Both the position numbers and the translations under genes were made by a program. Below the pieces are notes generated by a model that made no database searches, was not told where the DNA came from, and saw nothing but the letters and a program-made list of their open reading frames with translations. Positions 46,189 to 56,970 of a DNA stretch of 64,000 nucleotides are shown one piece after another. Source of the DNA: Trypanosoma brucei (lineage: Eukaryota); NCBI GenBank assembly GCA_000002445.1, contig CM000208.1, positions 384,001 through 448,000 on the forward strand, written 5' to 3'. The stretch's first letter is position 1, and every line of letters begins with the position of its first letter.

Positions 46189-47709
46189 TAACAAACAAAC
46201 CTACAAGTCAATCCAGTAATCACGTGTCACCTTTTCTCACTGTTTCCTCTTACCCTTTCCCCGTACGTAGCGACTTTTTCCGTGCGCAGCCTCTCTTATC
46301 TGCCAACGCGTGGTTCTCCACTCCTTCCCCCTTCCCTTTTTTTTACTTTATTTCCAGCCTTCTATATCGTTGTGGTAGCGAGGCGCAGCTGCCCTCCTTC
46401 GGCCACACACAAGCAAAGACCAGCTGGGATTGAGACGATGGGCCCGGACGGCCACCACCTACACTAACTTTTGTGAGAAGGGGAAGTCACGGCAGGAGAC
46501 AAGGCGGGCAGAGTGGAGTAAGAATTATGTAAGGAGACGAAAAAGAAGGGGGAGAAACAAGTGATGGTCAAGCAATACAGACAGCAAAAGAGAATGCATG
46601 ATTACCTGCTCCAAAGGATCTCACTACAGATGGAACGGCCTGCAGAAAGTATTTGTCAGTCGTTTCGCTCTTTCGTCACTGGCTTCTTCAGCGCACAGAA
46701 GAAGTTTTAAGTCATCGCAATAAAACGATCATGCGGATGTGGCTCAAACTGCCGTTCCTCGCACCCCGTATTTCCCCCCCCCCCCATACACACACACACG
46801 GGACCACGAATCGGATTCCCACAAGTACGAATCTACGTGCAAAAAGGGGTGGGAGAAACAAGACAAAACAATAAGTCAAAACAAGAAGAGTAGAGGTCGA
46901 GAGTGCCCAACTGTAAAGATATTACACACCGAGATGGCGTATGCGTGTGCGCGAGTGCAGCTGGTTCACATCGTGTTCCTTTCCAGCCCTTCAAGTGATT
47001 ACTTCCTTTTCCCCTCCCTTGCTTCCACTTCACACGAACAGTTTCCCTTCACCCTCTGCTGCACCTCCATCCTCATTAGGCTAAGGTGCAGGTGAGCGAG
47101 TGGCAGCATGCCCACATTCGTCGCCCCCTCTTCTGCTTCGCTTGTGTAGGGAAAGAAATATACGAAGGTCAGCCGTTCGTGCATCTGTTTGAACACCGTA
47201 AACGCGCTGCCTTCACTCCCTTCCCATATTCGACCTGGTGCCGGCGCCGTTTAGAGTACTCGCATCACCGTCACTACCTTTGTTATGACTCTTGGCTTCA
47301 CCGTTGCTCCTCACGTTCTCTAGCTTGGCCTGCTGCTGTACCCACACGGCTGAAAGAGATATAAATAATAATAATAATAATGAATGTTTCAGCTGATATC
47401 CAGCATTTACATGTTTCGCACGCCGAACGCTACACTTATAAACGGCCGCGTTTCCTTGTTCACTGACGTTAATTCGCTTCCTCCTACACTGTCAACAACC
47501 ATATGTGCCCTTTTTTTTAAAATTTTTCGTTTAACGCTACGGTGACAACAGATCTCTCCTATTAATCCACTTTTTTGTTAACTTTCGTGCTCCTAACTTT
47601 GCCTACCACCTATAACTCCGCGTACCGGAATATCCCTAATGCCCCGTGCCCAAACATGCGGAAAGAGGCAGGTGCTAGCCGGCACGCGCAGCGCTAAGGA
47701 GGAACGTCT

Positions 47710-48066
47710 CTACGAGAAGAGCATCAGAAACGCAAGCATGAGGGCGAATAGGCCGATAGCTTCCGTAAGCGCGAATCCAAGAATGGCATAGTTGAAAAGC
47801 ATCTTCGTTAAGTTGGGCTGCCGAGCACATGCCACCAACAGGTTACCAAAGATGGTTCCAATACCCAAACCGACTCCGGCAAGGGCAATGGCTGCCAGGC
47901 CTGTACCAACGTAATGTAATCCCTGCACAGAGATGGCCACGGTGGACGCCTCACGGATGGTAATGGCGCTGCACATAGGGTTGAGAGCCTTCGTCGAGGC
48001 CACCAGTGGTGTCGCGAAGGGTGTCGCACGACGAATCGAAGACTGGAGAGCGAGACGGCGCATCAT
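47710..48066 (-). CDS. Mitochondrial F-ATP synthase subunit c (proteolipid, subunit 9), nuclear-encoded, with a long N-terminal presequence
   Basis: The mature part reads ...[59 protein letters not shown]: the Gly-rich first helix and the second-helix carboxylate Glu in TEAIGLF are both present. The track's ORF starts at an upstream ATG, and I chose the in-frame ATG pair at 48066-48061 ([13 protein letters not shown]..., an Arg- and Ser-rich presequence). Confidence 0.85.
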   Translation of the reverse strand: MMRRLALQSSIRRATPFATPLVASTKALNPMCSAITIREASTVAISVQGLHYVGTGLAAIALAGVGLGIGTIFGNLLVACARQPNLTKMLFNYAILGFALTEAIGLFALMLAFLMLFS

Positions 48067-48437
48067 CTTCTTGTTCGTACCGTTGAAAAAAAAACTTTTG
48101 GTTACCTTACAAATGCTATCTTTAGGTCGTGTGTGCCCCTTAAAAATAAACAAACCTTATATTAACAGAAAATACGGAGAGCTAATCTTTCTAAAATGCA
48201 ACAACGTGTAGGTAGACTCAGACCCTCGAGAAAATGGTAAGCGGGGCACACAAAAACAAAAGAAAGAATATAAGGGCGCCGAAAAATAGGGGCGAACGGC
48301 AGGTTGAATGGGCAGCCGACCATACTAGCACTCACTGATGACAGAGGAAGAGCAACAAGCGATACACTGCCCAAACTCCATACAAAATAAAAGGAGAAGG
48401 AAGTCACATGCTACAGGGCTCTCGCAACACCTCCAAC

Positions 48438-48782
48438 CTAACTCCCGGAAGATTCTCTATCGCTCACACCAGTGGACCCGCGGAACCCCTTCCGCAGCAC
48501 CTCTGCCGTCCACACAGTCTCAACACTCACATCGTGACCGAGAATATAACGTGTGTCGATATAAGACTTCCCAATGCCGAAACCGCACCCGAATGCTGTA
48601 GCCGCAACTCGGACCGGCACCGATCGAAAAACAACGAGGGAGAGAGCTGCACCAGTGAGGAAGCCAAGGCTCCCCTTCTTCAGTGTGTTGTCAACCACAT
48701 ATCGCCACTTTTCCGCCTCAGTGAGGGTGTCACGATCCAACAGCACCTTTTGGCTTGCCAGCGTAGAGACGGGCGCTGTCAT
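48438..48782 (-). CDS. Small membrane protein with a Mic10-like glycine-zipper motif (possible MICOS Mic10 homologue)
   Basis: ...LGFLTGAALSLVVFRSVPVRVAATAFGCGFGIGKSYIDTRY... resembles human MINOS1 (GTGFGLGIVFSLTFFKRRMWPLAFGSGMGLGMAYS). The ATG at 48782-48780 was checked. The product is 114 aa. Confidence 0.5.
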   Translation of the reverse strand: MTAPVSTLASQKVLLDRDTLTEAEKWRYVVDNTLKKGSLGFLTGAALSLVVFRSVPVRVAATAFGCGFGIGKSYIDTRYILGHDVSVETVWTAEVLRKGFRGSTGVSDRESSGS

Positions 48783-49905
48783 GAAGGAATGTTGAGGCGC
48801 CGTCGGCTAGAGCTAGTAACGTCAAAAATAACAGAGTAATTGCTTCCTATGTACGCGACCTTGTCCTACAACACACAATGAGTTTTTGATACTAATGGAT
48901 TAGGATGTAATCCTAAATACAGCCAATGTTTATTACTACTATGTGGCCCACTGAGACGCCCACGCCGTGGCACAAAACGAAGAATGCAAAAGAAGCCGAG
49001 GCGTTAGACCGTGAAAGATTTCACGAATCAAGTACAACGCGAAAAAGAGATTACACGTTTAGGACAAACCTTTCGTAAATAACAATTATCGTAGTAGCGA
49101 TAATGCCGGTCGACCCGGCATTCCGTACCCTATTCATTGAAGGCGCTGCAGCTCTCGTCAAGTTTTTAACCAAACGGAGTTTCCAGCGCGCGAATAAACC
49201 AGCGGTAAGTATCAGCTCATACGGATCAGCAGTTAAAAATGAATTGGGGGCGGAGCGTCCGGCGAATGCATCAAAGGAGCTGTAAGTTGCCGAGGGTTCA
49301 CACTACAAAACTGGGCAGTCGCACAACACCCCAGCACACCAAAAAATAAAAAAGAGGCAGCTTGAATGATAGCACTGAATAAGAGAGCACATCAGTTCCC
49401 CAGCGCGGGAAGCATCGACTGCATAGCGCTGTTTAGGCTGACCCTTCCACCGCTGGCGTTCGGGACGCAACGCATACGTATACCCACACATCAACATCAA
49501 GAAAAATATGGAGAAAAGTTGGCTAGACCATCTTGCTGAGATCTGCAGACTATTCGCTTCGCCTTCGTACCTATGTTGTGTAGCAAAACGGTAACGGTAA
49601 CAAAACAGTTAGGTGGGAAAAAAACGATTGCATGTGTGGTGCTTTATGTTAGCAGGAAGACACATCAACAAAGTTACATTTCACGGAAGACGACGGCGCA
49701 CCAACGTCCGCCACCTCTATCAGCGTAGAGTTATAAAAATGACAAACCTTCCTCATGCCTGAGAGAAGTATAAAGAAAGAAATAGCACATACAGGGCCAC
49801 ATGCACAGAGGGGGGCATGCGCGAAAAGGAAAAGTGCACCAGTCACGATAGAAGTTCGACGGACAGCAACATCCCTCATGAAGGTGGCGAGTAGATATTC
49901 CGTCA

Positions 49906-50235
49906 CTACTTCTTCTTCGTCTGCTGGCGGAGGGCCTCCTCCACCTTAGCACGTCTTTTCTTTGCCGCCTTAATACTACCGAGGCGCTTCTTGCAAAACT
50001 TCAGTGCACGCTTGTCCTTTCCCACACGGAGAAGCTCCTGAACCCGCCTCTCCATGGGCGAGAAGCCAACGAGATCACTGATAATAGCTTTCACGGCGCG
50101 TAGCTTCTTGTGAGGGAGCGCGTAACGGTCGTTTGATGACGGGCGGCGGGCGCGACGGGTTGTTTTGTGGCCCTTGTTGAAGCCAGCAATGATGCCGGTG
50201 CGGGGTGCGGGGGCCTCCTTCTTCGTGGCAGCCAT
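49906..50235 (-). CDS. RPL36: 60S ribosomal protein L36e
   Basis: ...GFNKGHKTT...ISDLVGFSPMERRVQELLRVGKDKRALKFCKKRLGS... matches the L36e family. The ATG was checked. Confidence 0.9.
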   Translation of the reverse strand: MAATKKEAPAPRTGIIAGFNKGHKTTRRARRPSSNDRYALPHKKLRAVKAIISDLVGFSPMERRVQELLRVGKDKRALKFCKKRLGSIKAAKKRRAKVEEALRQQTKKK

Positions 50236-50625
50236 GTTTACCTTGCGCTAATGGAATAAAGAGGTCGAAATCACAATCGAAGGAAGCGGGTAACGCATGC
50301 AGACGTAGAAAGATACACGTAACCGCATAAGTGAAAAGGGTTGTTCCACTACTTGGAGCAAAGTATGGGGAGCACCTGCCTTCACAAACATACGCAGTGA
50401 AAGCAGACGGTGACGCCATGCAAAGACTTGTCACAGCGATAAACCAGGTAGAAGGTCAAATTAAGAAGAAATGGCATGCTTAGAATATACAAAATCCCAC
50501 CGCCGGAATGAATCATAACTAACCACCATCCGCCTCCCAAATGCAGCGAAGTGCAGTTCGATCAGTCAGCAAGAAAAACAAGAAACAAGTCGAGCCATGA
50601 ACACATTGGCCACAACCCGCCAGCA

Positions 50626-51756
50626 TTACTTCAGAACTTGCCTGACGGAGACACCGCGGGAAAACTCCTCCCGCAACTTGCTGTCAATGAACCCCGACAA
50701 AGCGCCTTCCTGCGAGCGTTCAAACACTAATGCTAACCACCGCTTTCGTGGGAAGGGGACGCATCCAAGACCTTTGACTTTGTAGTCCATCCCCATGCCC
50801 AAGTCCCACACTTTACACCCTACGGAGCGCATCACCTCCCCCACAACCGCTAGCTGAAGCGTTCCTGCACCGCTCGCGCAGTAGGCACCTGTAGCAGAGG
50901 TATAAATATCGCCAACAACGAACCCGACTTCAGCTGCAACGAGGTCACCTTCCTCAACATGATCACCATGTGCGCGGTTACACATGGCGCTGCCTCCACT
51001 GCTTTCGGTCTTGGCATCCGTCCCAACATCATGACGGTGGCGCCGAATTGCTGTAAAAACAATTTTTGTACGGTATCGCTCGCTGTTCACGAACATATGC
51101 ACAAGACACACGCGAAGGCCATGACAGAGCCAGTTCTCTCCGTGCTGTGCATGTATGAGAGAAAGCACAGGGGCCACATCTTCCTTCCGGTTCACGAACA
51201 CATCGTAGGAAGCTGCACGCGTACTCAAATTTCTCTCACGTGTATATTTCTTTGACACCTGCAGCCGCTTCACCATGAAGACTCCCTCATCATCATCACC
51301 TCCCGTGGGGAACCCCTTTACATGCGACTGCAGCTGCGTTAGATAGCGTTGGCAGTGTAGTTTAGGACCGTAAACAAACGAACCTCCGATATCAAAGGCC
51401 AACGGGAACACTCCTCGCTGACACGATGCGTCTATTATCTGGGGAGAAAACGTGGTTGAGAAGCCCATTTCATTTTCCCCACCACTAGCCAAAAATCGCG
51501 AAACAAAGGAGTCTATCTCGTCTGCGCTACGTAACCGCGGATACCACATCGACAGTGCCCCAGCCATGGAGGGAGACAGGCTCGACTCGACAGAAACGTC
51601 CTTCTTCTTTATAGCCTCTGAAACCTCATTGCTAACCCTTTCTGCCTCCGGCAGCACCTTTTCAGATTTTACTCTGTAATGTTGTGTTGTATGCCGCATT
51701 AAACTGGTGGCTTCATCCCAAGAAAACCAGAACAAAAGAGAAGTGGATTGGTACAT
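50626..51756 (-). CDS. Leu/Phe-tRNA-protein transferase (bacterial Aat/LFTR)-like protein
   Basis: The CQRGVFPLAFDIGGSFVYGP block aligns with E. coli Aat ([21 protein letters not shown]), and the C-terminal block EGDLVAAEVGFVVGDIY...KVWDLG aligns with [23 protein letters not shown]...KLIDCQ. The track's ORF starts at a TTG, and the first ATG is at 51756-51754. The functional call comes from motifs I recalled, so confidence in it is only moderate. Confidence 0.5.
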   Translation of the reverse strand: MYQSTSLLFWFSWDEATSLMRHTTQHYRVKSEKVLPEAERVSNEVSEAIKKKDVSVESSLSPSMAGALSMWYPRLRSADEIDSFVSRFLASGGENEMGFSTTFSPQIIDASCQRGVFPLAFDIGGSFVYGPKLHCQRYLTQLQSHVKGFPTGGDDDEGVFMVKRLQVSKKYTRERNLSTRAASYDVFVNRKEDVAPVLSLIHAQHGENWLCHGLRVCLVHMFVNSERYRTKIVFTAIRRHRHDVGTDAKTESSGGSAMCNRAHGDHVEEGDLVAAEVGFVVGDIYTSATGAYCASGAGTLQLAVVGEVMRSVGCKVWDLGMGMDYKVKGLGCVPFPRKRWLALVFERSQEGALSGFIDSKLREEFSRGVSVRQVLK

Positions 51757-52700
51757 CCATCTGCACGCACAACTATTTGTACTAATGAGCAAGTGATTGA
51801 GTCAGTGAGTACCACAAAAATAAGTAAAACTCTCTTCAGTAAAATTCTTCGGAGGAAAAAGAAAGACCGTTCATAGCAATATTGCAGCGGACAGGCCGGG
51901 GGAAGTAAACAGCGAAAGGGAAGGCTATAAGTGGTCTTTAGTTTTTAAAACGGTCACTCTTTACACAAGTACCACGGACTCCAAAGTACTCTTCCAACGC
52001 CCAAAGGCGACAGACACCAATAGCGTAATAAGTCCTGCTTCCTAACACTGACTGCAGGAAGGGCATGCAGCATTTTCCGTAAGCCGTGCAACTGTGCCGG
52101 CCCTACAACCACTCCCAATGCCACAGTACCTACCACCACTTGGTATCAGCAGCATTCTGCGTCACGTCCAGGAGCCGGGGAATTTAGAGAGGAAAATGTA
52201 GTGAACTCACTCAAAATTCACCCCCCCCCTGATAACGCTAATTAAACAAAGAAAATAACGACGTCGCACCCCACGCACTTGTCGTGCATCTCCATAGGAT
52301 GCGAATGAAGTGCCGATACCAGAACCAGCACAAGAGCAGCCAATGAGAATGGGGTATCCCTTTATTTACCCTTCGTTCGGCTTTGGAGTGAGTATCGACC
52401 TACCAGTACCTTCCAGTGGTGTGACCGCTGTCAACACCGACAAAAATACCTACCTCAGACGCACACAAGTGTGCAACGGTAGATATGGGCGCACAACATG
52501 CGAGTTACAGCGACCAAGTAAGATAAAGTAATAATCACTTGGGTTCAGACCAAACGGGACTCGGAGTATACAGTTCGTAGACCCGATATAGTTCCATACC
52601 ACTTTCCACAAACCTCCACCATTCCTCACACCGCTTCCCATCGACCCAGAACCACACACACGCGCACCCGTGCAAGAAAAGAGGGGAGTGGTGGGGTCCA

Positions 52701-53144
52701 TTAGTGAACACCAAGTCCCCACTGAAAGCTGAGGTCACGAAATACCACTCTCCCATCCCTCACCACTAATGACTCTCGCACCCGCCGCTGGGAAAATTTT
52801 GTAAACCAGCTTCCAACCAAAGGGATCGCTGCCATACCACCTGACGTAAAATGTGCAAAACCTTGACGCTCGAAGGTATTCGGCGTGATGACAGTTACTT
52901 GAGTTGACCAGGATAGGCGAAGAGCCGAATGCTCTTTCCTCATCACAGCGAGTGCGGCAACTTGTCCTCTTACGACACCCCAGAAATTGGCATAGTGCAC
53001 CTCAGGCCCCATGAGGCTACCTAACTCCTCCGATTCCCCGTCGTCCTCGGCGGCACAAAACAGTTTCGCGGTGGCCAGGTTCGTCGCGAGCTCCCCATTA
53101 GGGTCATCTACGAGAAGCCTCAGTTTACGGAGACTATATGACAT
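52701..53144 (-). CDS. Hypothetical protein of 147 aa
   Basis: An ORF in the transcription-unit orientation with coding-like composition. The track starts it at a GTG, and the first ATG is at 53144-53142 (MSYSLRKLRLLVDD...). I recognise no domain. Confidence 0.45.
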   Translation of the reverse strand: MSYSLRKLRLLVDDPNGELATNLATAKLFCAAEDDGESEELGSLMGPEVHYANFWGVVRGQVAALAVMRKEHSALRLSWSTQVTVITPNTFERQGFAHFTSGGMAAIPLVGSWFTKFSQRRVRESLVVRDGRVVFRDLSFQWGLGVH

Positions 53145-53476
53145 GAATCCTTCCCCTAACACACAATGGCGCCTTATTCCTCGTTAGGTTCCCTCCTATT
53201 CCGTCCCCTCCCACCTACGGTTTACTTGCAACCACAGCTAAGACGAATGAAGAACAACTCTGCTTCCACACTCCTCTCTCAAGGATAACTTATCTTTATT
53301 CACCTTATAATGAGACATAAAACGGTGTAGAAAGATCCTACTAAACAGATGAGTTCGAAGACCCCGTGAGCGGAAGGTGTATACCACAGCCGTGGAAATG
53401 TAGTCAGGTGGGAGAAGTCAACCGCCGCTCGGCCTGCGCATATTTCTCCCACAGGGTTAGTCGACCTAACCGAAGG

Positions 53477-53665
53477 TCACGCTGTCTCCGCCAACTCTGC
53501 AAGCACCTTGCGCAACAAAGCCTTCATTTCTTCCGTCGGTGGTTCGGCCACCAACGGAGGCCATTCCATCCGTCCAATCACATCAGGCGGAACGCCTCGC
53601 CCGACAGTGACGTCTTCCTCAAACACTTCACCGTCGTCATCGTAAATCACGTGTCCCGTCGGCAT
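53477..53665 (-). CDS. Candidate small protein of 62 aa, acidic and Pro-rich
   Basis: It reads MPTGHVIYDDDGEVFEEDVTVGRGVPPDVIGRMEWPPLVAEPPTEEMKALLRKVLAELAETA. It is in the transcription-unit orientation and sits between two genes with spacing typical for this region. The first ATG is at 53665-53663, downstream of the TTG at which the track's ORF begins. No homology is recognised, and it could be non-coding. Confidence 0.3.
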   Translation of the reverse strand: MPTGHVIYDDDGEVFEEDVTVGRGVPPDVIGRMEWPPLVAEPPTEEMKALLRKVLAELAETA

Positions 53666-55302
53666 CCCTTTCGTTTGCTTAATCCTCTCCAATTCACGGA
53701 AACACAATGGTTTCTAACAACAGTCGTGACAAAAGAATCAATGGGAAAAAGGGAGGTTTGCCGTCAATGATAACAGAGGGTCGGTCAAGTCCACAAAAAA
53801 TGAATGAAGATCTGATACTGTGATCAAGGTGCACCAAGAGGCAAATAAAGAAATTGGGGTAAAGAAGAGCACACATCACTGGGCGGGAGCACCAACAGAG
53901 CCGTGTTATAAATCCCGGATATTTAAAAAAGCTATTATAGTAATACTTCGAATGGAAAAACTCCCTGAAGCCAATTATCACGTTCCCCACCCCAGGGAGA
54001 CGAAAGAAAAAGAAGCGATGGAGGGAGTGTGAGAGGGGGAACGAAGAGGGCTCACGCAGGGCACAAAGACCAGCATCAACAAGTACATATATAGGGTAGA
54101 GCTAAATGTTAGCCCCCCCCCCCAACTCTTTGGGATGCGATGCCGCCCCGCTGTGCGCGCAGTGCACGGTCACTAAAAGTATTGCCTCTCCGCCCCTCCG
54201 TCTTGCGAAAAAAAAAAAGCACACATCCATGAACACATAGATGAGTGTATACGTATATATATATATATATGTGTGTGTGTGTGAGTGCGGTGAGTCACTA
54301 CTAGACACGCGGTCTCAATAAACAATCTGCACTACCCTTACTGTATCAACAGTTTTACACCCACTGGTACCTACGCAACGGAAAAGAGGCATCGAAAATT
54401 CTTTTTAAAAAAAATATATGAGGAAAAGTGTTTGCATGAGAGGCAGTGACAATGATAAAGGGTTAAGGGATAACGCCAGGAGAAATCGCCCCTCGCAAGG
54501 GCTAGCAGCGTTCCTTTCACATCGACGCGCTTACCCACCGCTCGTTTTCACTCATAAGCGCCCACATATGTATTCTCTAGGCCCCCGAGCCGCAAATACG
54601 AAACTGCATTCAGAGGGATAATTCCTACTATTTTGTTCTCTTCCACCTCCCTCCATTTTTTTCTCCCCTTCGCCTCACCCCTTACCCATCACCGTGGACA
54701 CAGCAAAAACAATGCGACCTTTAGCAACAACCCTCTTTCTTCACTAAAGAAATGCAACTGATCTCTAAATAGCCCCTACTGTCTTCCTTTGCTTCATCTC
54801 GCAGATGGGATCGCCCTTCATCACAGTGCCCCTCCCCGATATGCACCGAGCTTACCGTATCACAGACGTCTTCACCTCAATCACTCCTCTCCTCTTCAGC
54901 GCCGCTTATACTCTATCAAACTCGCTGAAACAAAAGACATCTTTTTGATTACTCCCTCCCCCCTATCTTCAGGTTCTCTCAGTACCTACAACATACACAA
55001 ACACCGTTTCTCCTTTCCCGATGGCGGCTCCAGCCAACCGTGTGTAACGTTTGCAACAACCACGCGTTTAATACGAGTTTCACACCCCGCAAGAAGGCCA
55101 GCACTATTCCCAGGTCAAGCCATTGCTAAGATGAATTGACAAGCTGTCCAAACAAATGACTAGAAGACCTGATACGTCAATTATTCCACCACGTCGGAGA
55201 TACCATGCGCAGCACCAGAGTACAGGAGTAGATGTTCACAGATGACGGGCACCGAGCCCTTTGTGGTTCGCCCACGCCCAACCGTGTGATGCAGCTCCAC
55301 AA

Positions 55303-56970
55303 TCAACTCCTGCTGGATGGTATGGCCGCTGGTATCTGGCGTCGCAGCAAACCCACTCCCCCACCCTTGGAGCCACTGTTCGTACCACAGACCGTACGAC
55401 TGCTGCAAGCATCGGCAGAACCGGATGTGGGTGACGATACCCTACGAGGAGTGGAGGAAGGCCGCTCCACTGGAGAACCCGGACGGTTATTTAATGGACT
55501 GCTTCGCAGTAAAGATCTGTGAACCCTTGACGGAGATAACGCCGTCTTTCCAGCGCTCCACGCTGGTTGGACATTACTGCTCGGTTGCGATCGGTGTGGC
55601 GCAATGTTCCTGTAGGACGACAACCGTGTGGACGTCGCGAGAAACGCACTGGAATGCGAACTCACCGAACATGGACTACCTGACCGCGCTACTCCACTTC
55701 GAGAGAACCCCGTTGGTCTTGTGTAAGATGAGGTCCTTAACTGCGCGCCTCTTCCCTCAGACACAAGCGCAGATGAGGGACGCTGCACAGACCGCATCGG
55801 CGAACTGTTGTACACGACAGAGGGTAAAGGAGACCCCTTACGGTACTTGTGCCCGGACGTGAGTGTCGCGAACGGAGAGCGGGCTGGAGCGTGAATAGTG
55901 TCCGGCGATGGCAGGTGCGTGTGATATTCACCGACGTGACTTGCTCCATCAATCGTGGAATATCCGCTAGCCGTACGTGCGGCCTGCGATGAGGTGGCCC
56001 CGTCAAAAGCTGAGCAACTCCTGCCACTCTTTGATTCAAAACGTAGCGTGAGCTCTTGCCGTCCATGTGGATTTGTGCTAGGATCGGATTCGACACTACG
56101 ACCGCAGGGAGAGACACTGTGACGCATGATACTGTTGCTACGACGACGCCCCTCAAGGGCAATGGAACCATGGTAACCGAGGAAGTGATTCCCCGGTTCA
56201 CTTTGACGCAGTGGCTGAACGGTAACAACAGGCGTGCCGCTCCTTGGTTCAACATCTGACCCTTGCTTAGTGTCAACAAACACCAGACGCTTAGCCTTCT
56301 TCATGCGTGTTGTAGTAACTCGCACGTCGGACGTTTTAACTGGTTGGCCGACATCTACCTTGCTTGAGCACAGTTTGTATAGCTCGTTCTGACGCTGGCT
56401 GGCGGAGGTAAGACCATTAAGTAGTGTGTTACGAAGCATCCACTGGACATTGTCCAAACCAAAAGATGAATCGTCCACGTCAACATCAAAAATATCGTGT
56501 TCTATAGTGTTGCGCTTCGCAAACATTCGGAGTTGTCGCAGAAAATGTGGTTTTATGGACATGTCCTTGTGAGCCATTTCCAAAAAGGAGATGGCACTCT
56601 CCAGTTTCCACCCATACTTCACGATCAGGTAGGCCGCTACTAAGGCTGGGCTACGTGACATACCGAGTTGGCTGTGTACCAACACGCAATCACCAGCTTC
56701 AAGTGCCTCATCTATGAACCGCACCGTCCGCTTAACATTTTCATCCGCACTATCAAACATTACTGCTGTGCAGACTGAACCAGTAGGGTCTTTCCAGGGA
56801 AACGTAAGATATTTTACGCCATCGTCTGCGAAAAGATCAGCGAGCTCGCCACCGGCACAGTTAACAACATGGGTTATCTTGTTGAGTGAAATGAACTCAC
56901 GATCGTGTGCAGCCACCGCATTTCCCACGAAGATGCCATCCTTGACACGGACAGCGATAAGTTCCTGCAT
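55303..56970 (-). CDS. Dual-specificity-phosphatase-like protein with the catalytic Cys replaced by Ser (predicted pseudophosphatase), followed by a Ser-rich C-terminal region
   Basis: The N-terminal DUSP fold reads ...FPWKDPTG...DCVLVHSQLGMSRSPALVAAYLI... and the canonical motif is VHCxxGxSRS. I checked the codon on the DNA: + strand 56671-56673 is gct, reverse complement AGC, which is Ser. The general-acid Asp (WKD) and the Arg of the CX5R motif are kept. The ATG at 56970-56968 was checked. Confidence 0.8.
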   Translation of the reverse strand: MQELIAVRVKDGIFVGNAVAAHDREFISLNKITHVVNCAGGELADLFADDGVKYLTFPWKDPTGSVCTAVMFDSADENVKRTVRFIDEALEAGDCVLVHSQLGMSRSPALVAAYLIVKYGWKLESAISFLEMAHKDMSIKPHFLRQLRMFAKRNTIEHDIFDVDVDDSSFGLDNVQWMLRNTLLNGLTSASQRQNELYKLCSSKVDVGQPVKTSDVRVTTTRMKKAKRLVFVDTKQGSDVEPRSGTPVVTVQPLRQSEPGNHFLGYHGSIALEGRRRSNSIMRHSVSPCGRSVESDPSTNPHGRQELTLRFESKSGRSCSAFDGATSSQAARTASGYSTIDGASHVGEYHTHLPSPDTIHAPARSPFATLTSGHKYRKGSPLPSVVYNSSPMRSVQRPSSALVSEGRGAQLRTSSYTRPTGFSRSGVARSGSPCSVSSHSSAFLATSTRLSSYRNIAPHRSQPSSNVQPAWSAGKTALSPSRVHRSLLRSSPLNNRPGSPVERPSSTPRRVSSPTSGSADACSSRTVCGTNSGSKGGGVGLLRRQIPAAIPSSRS

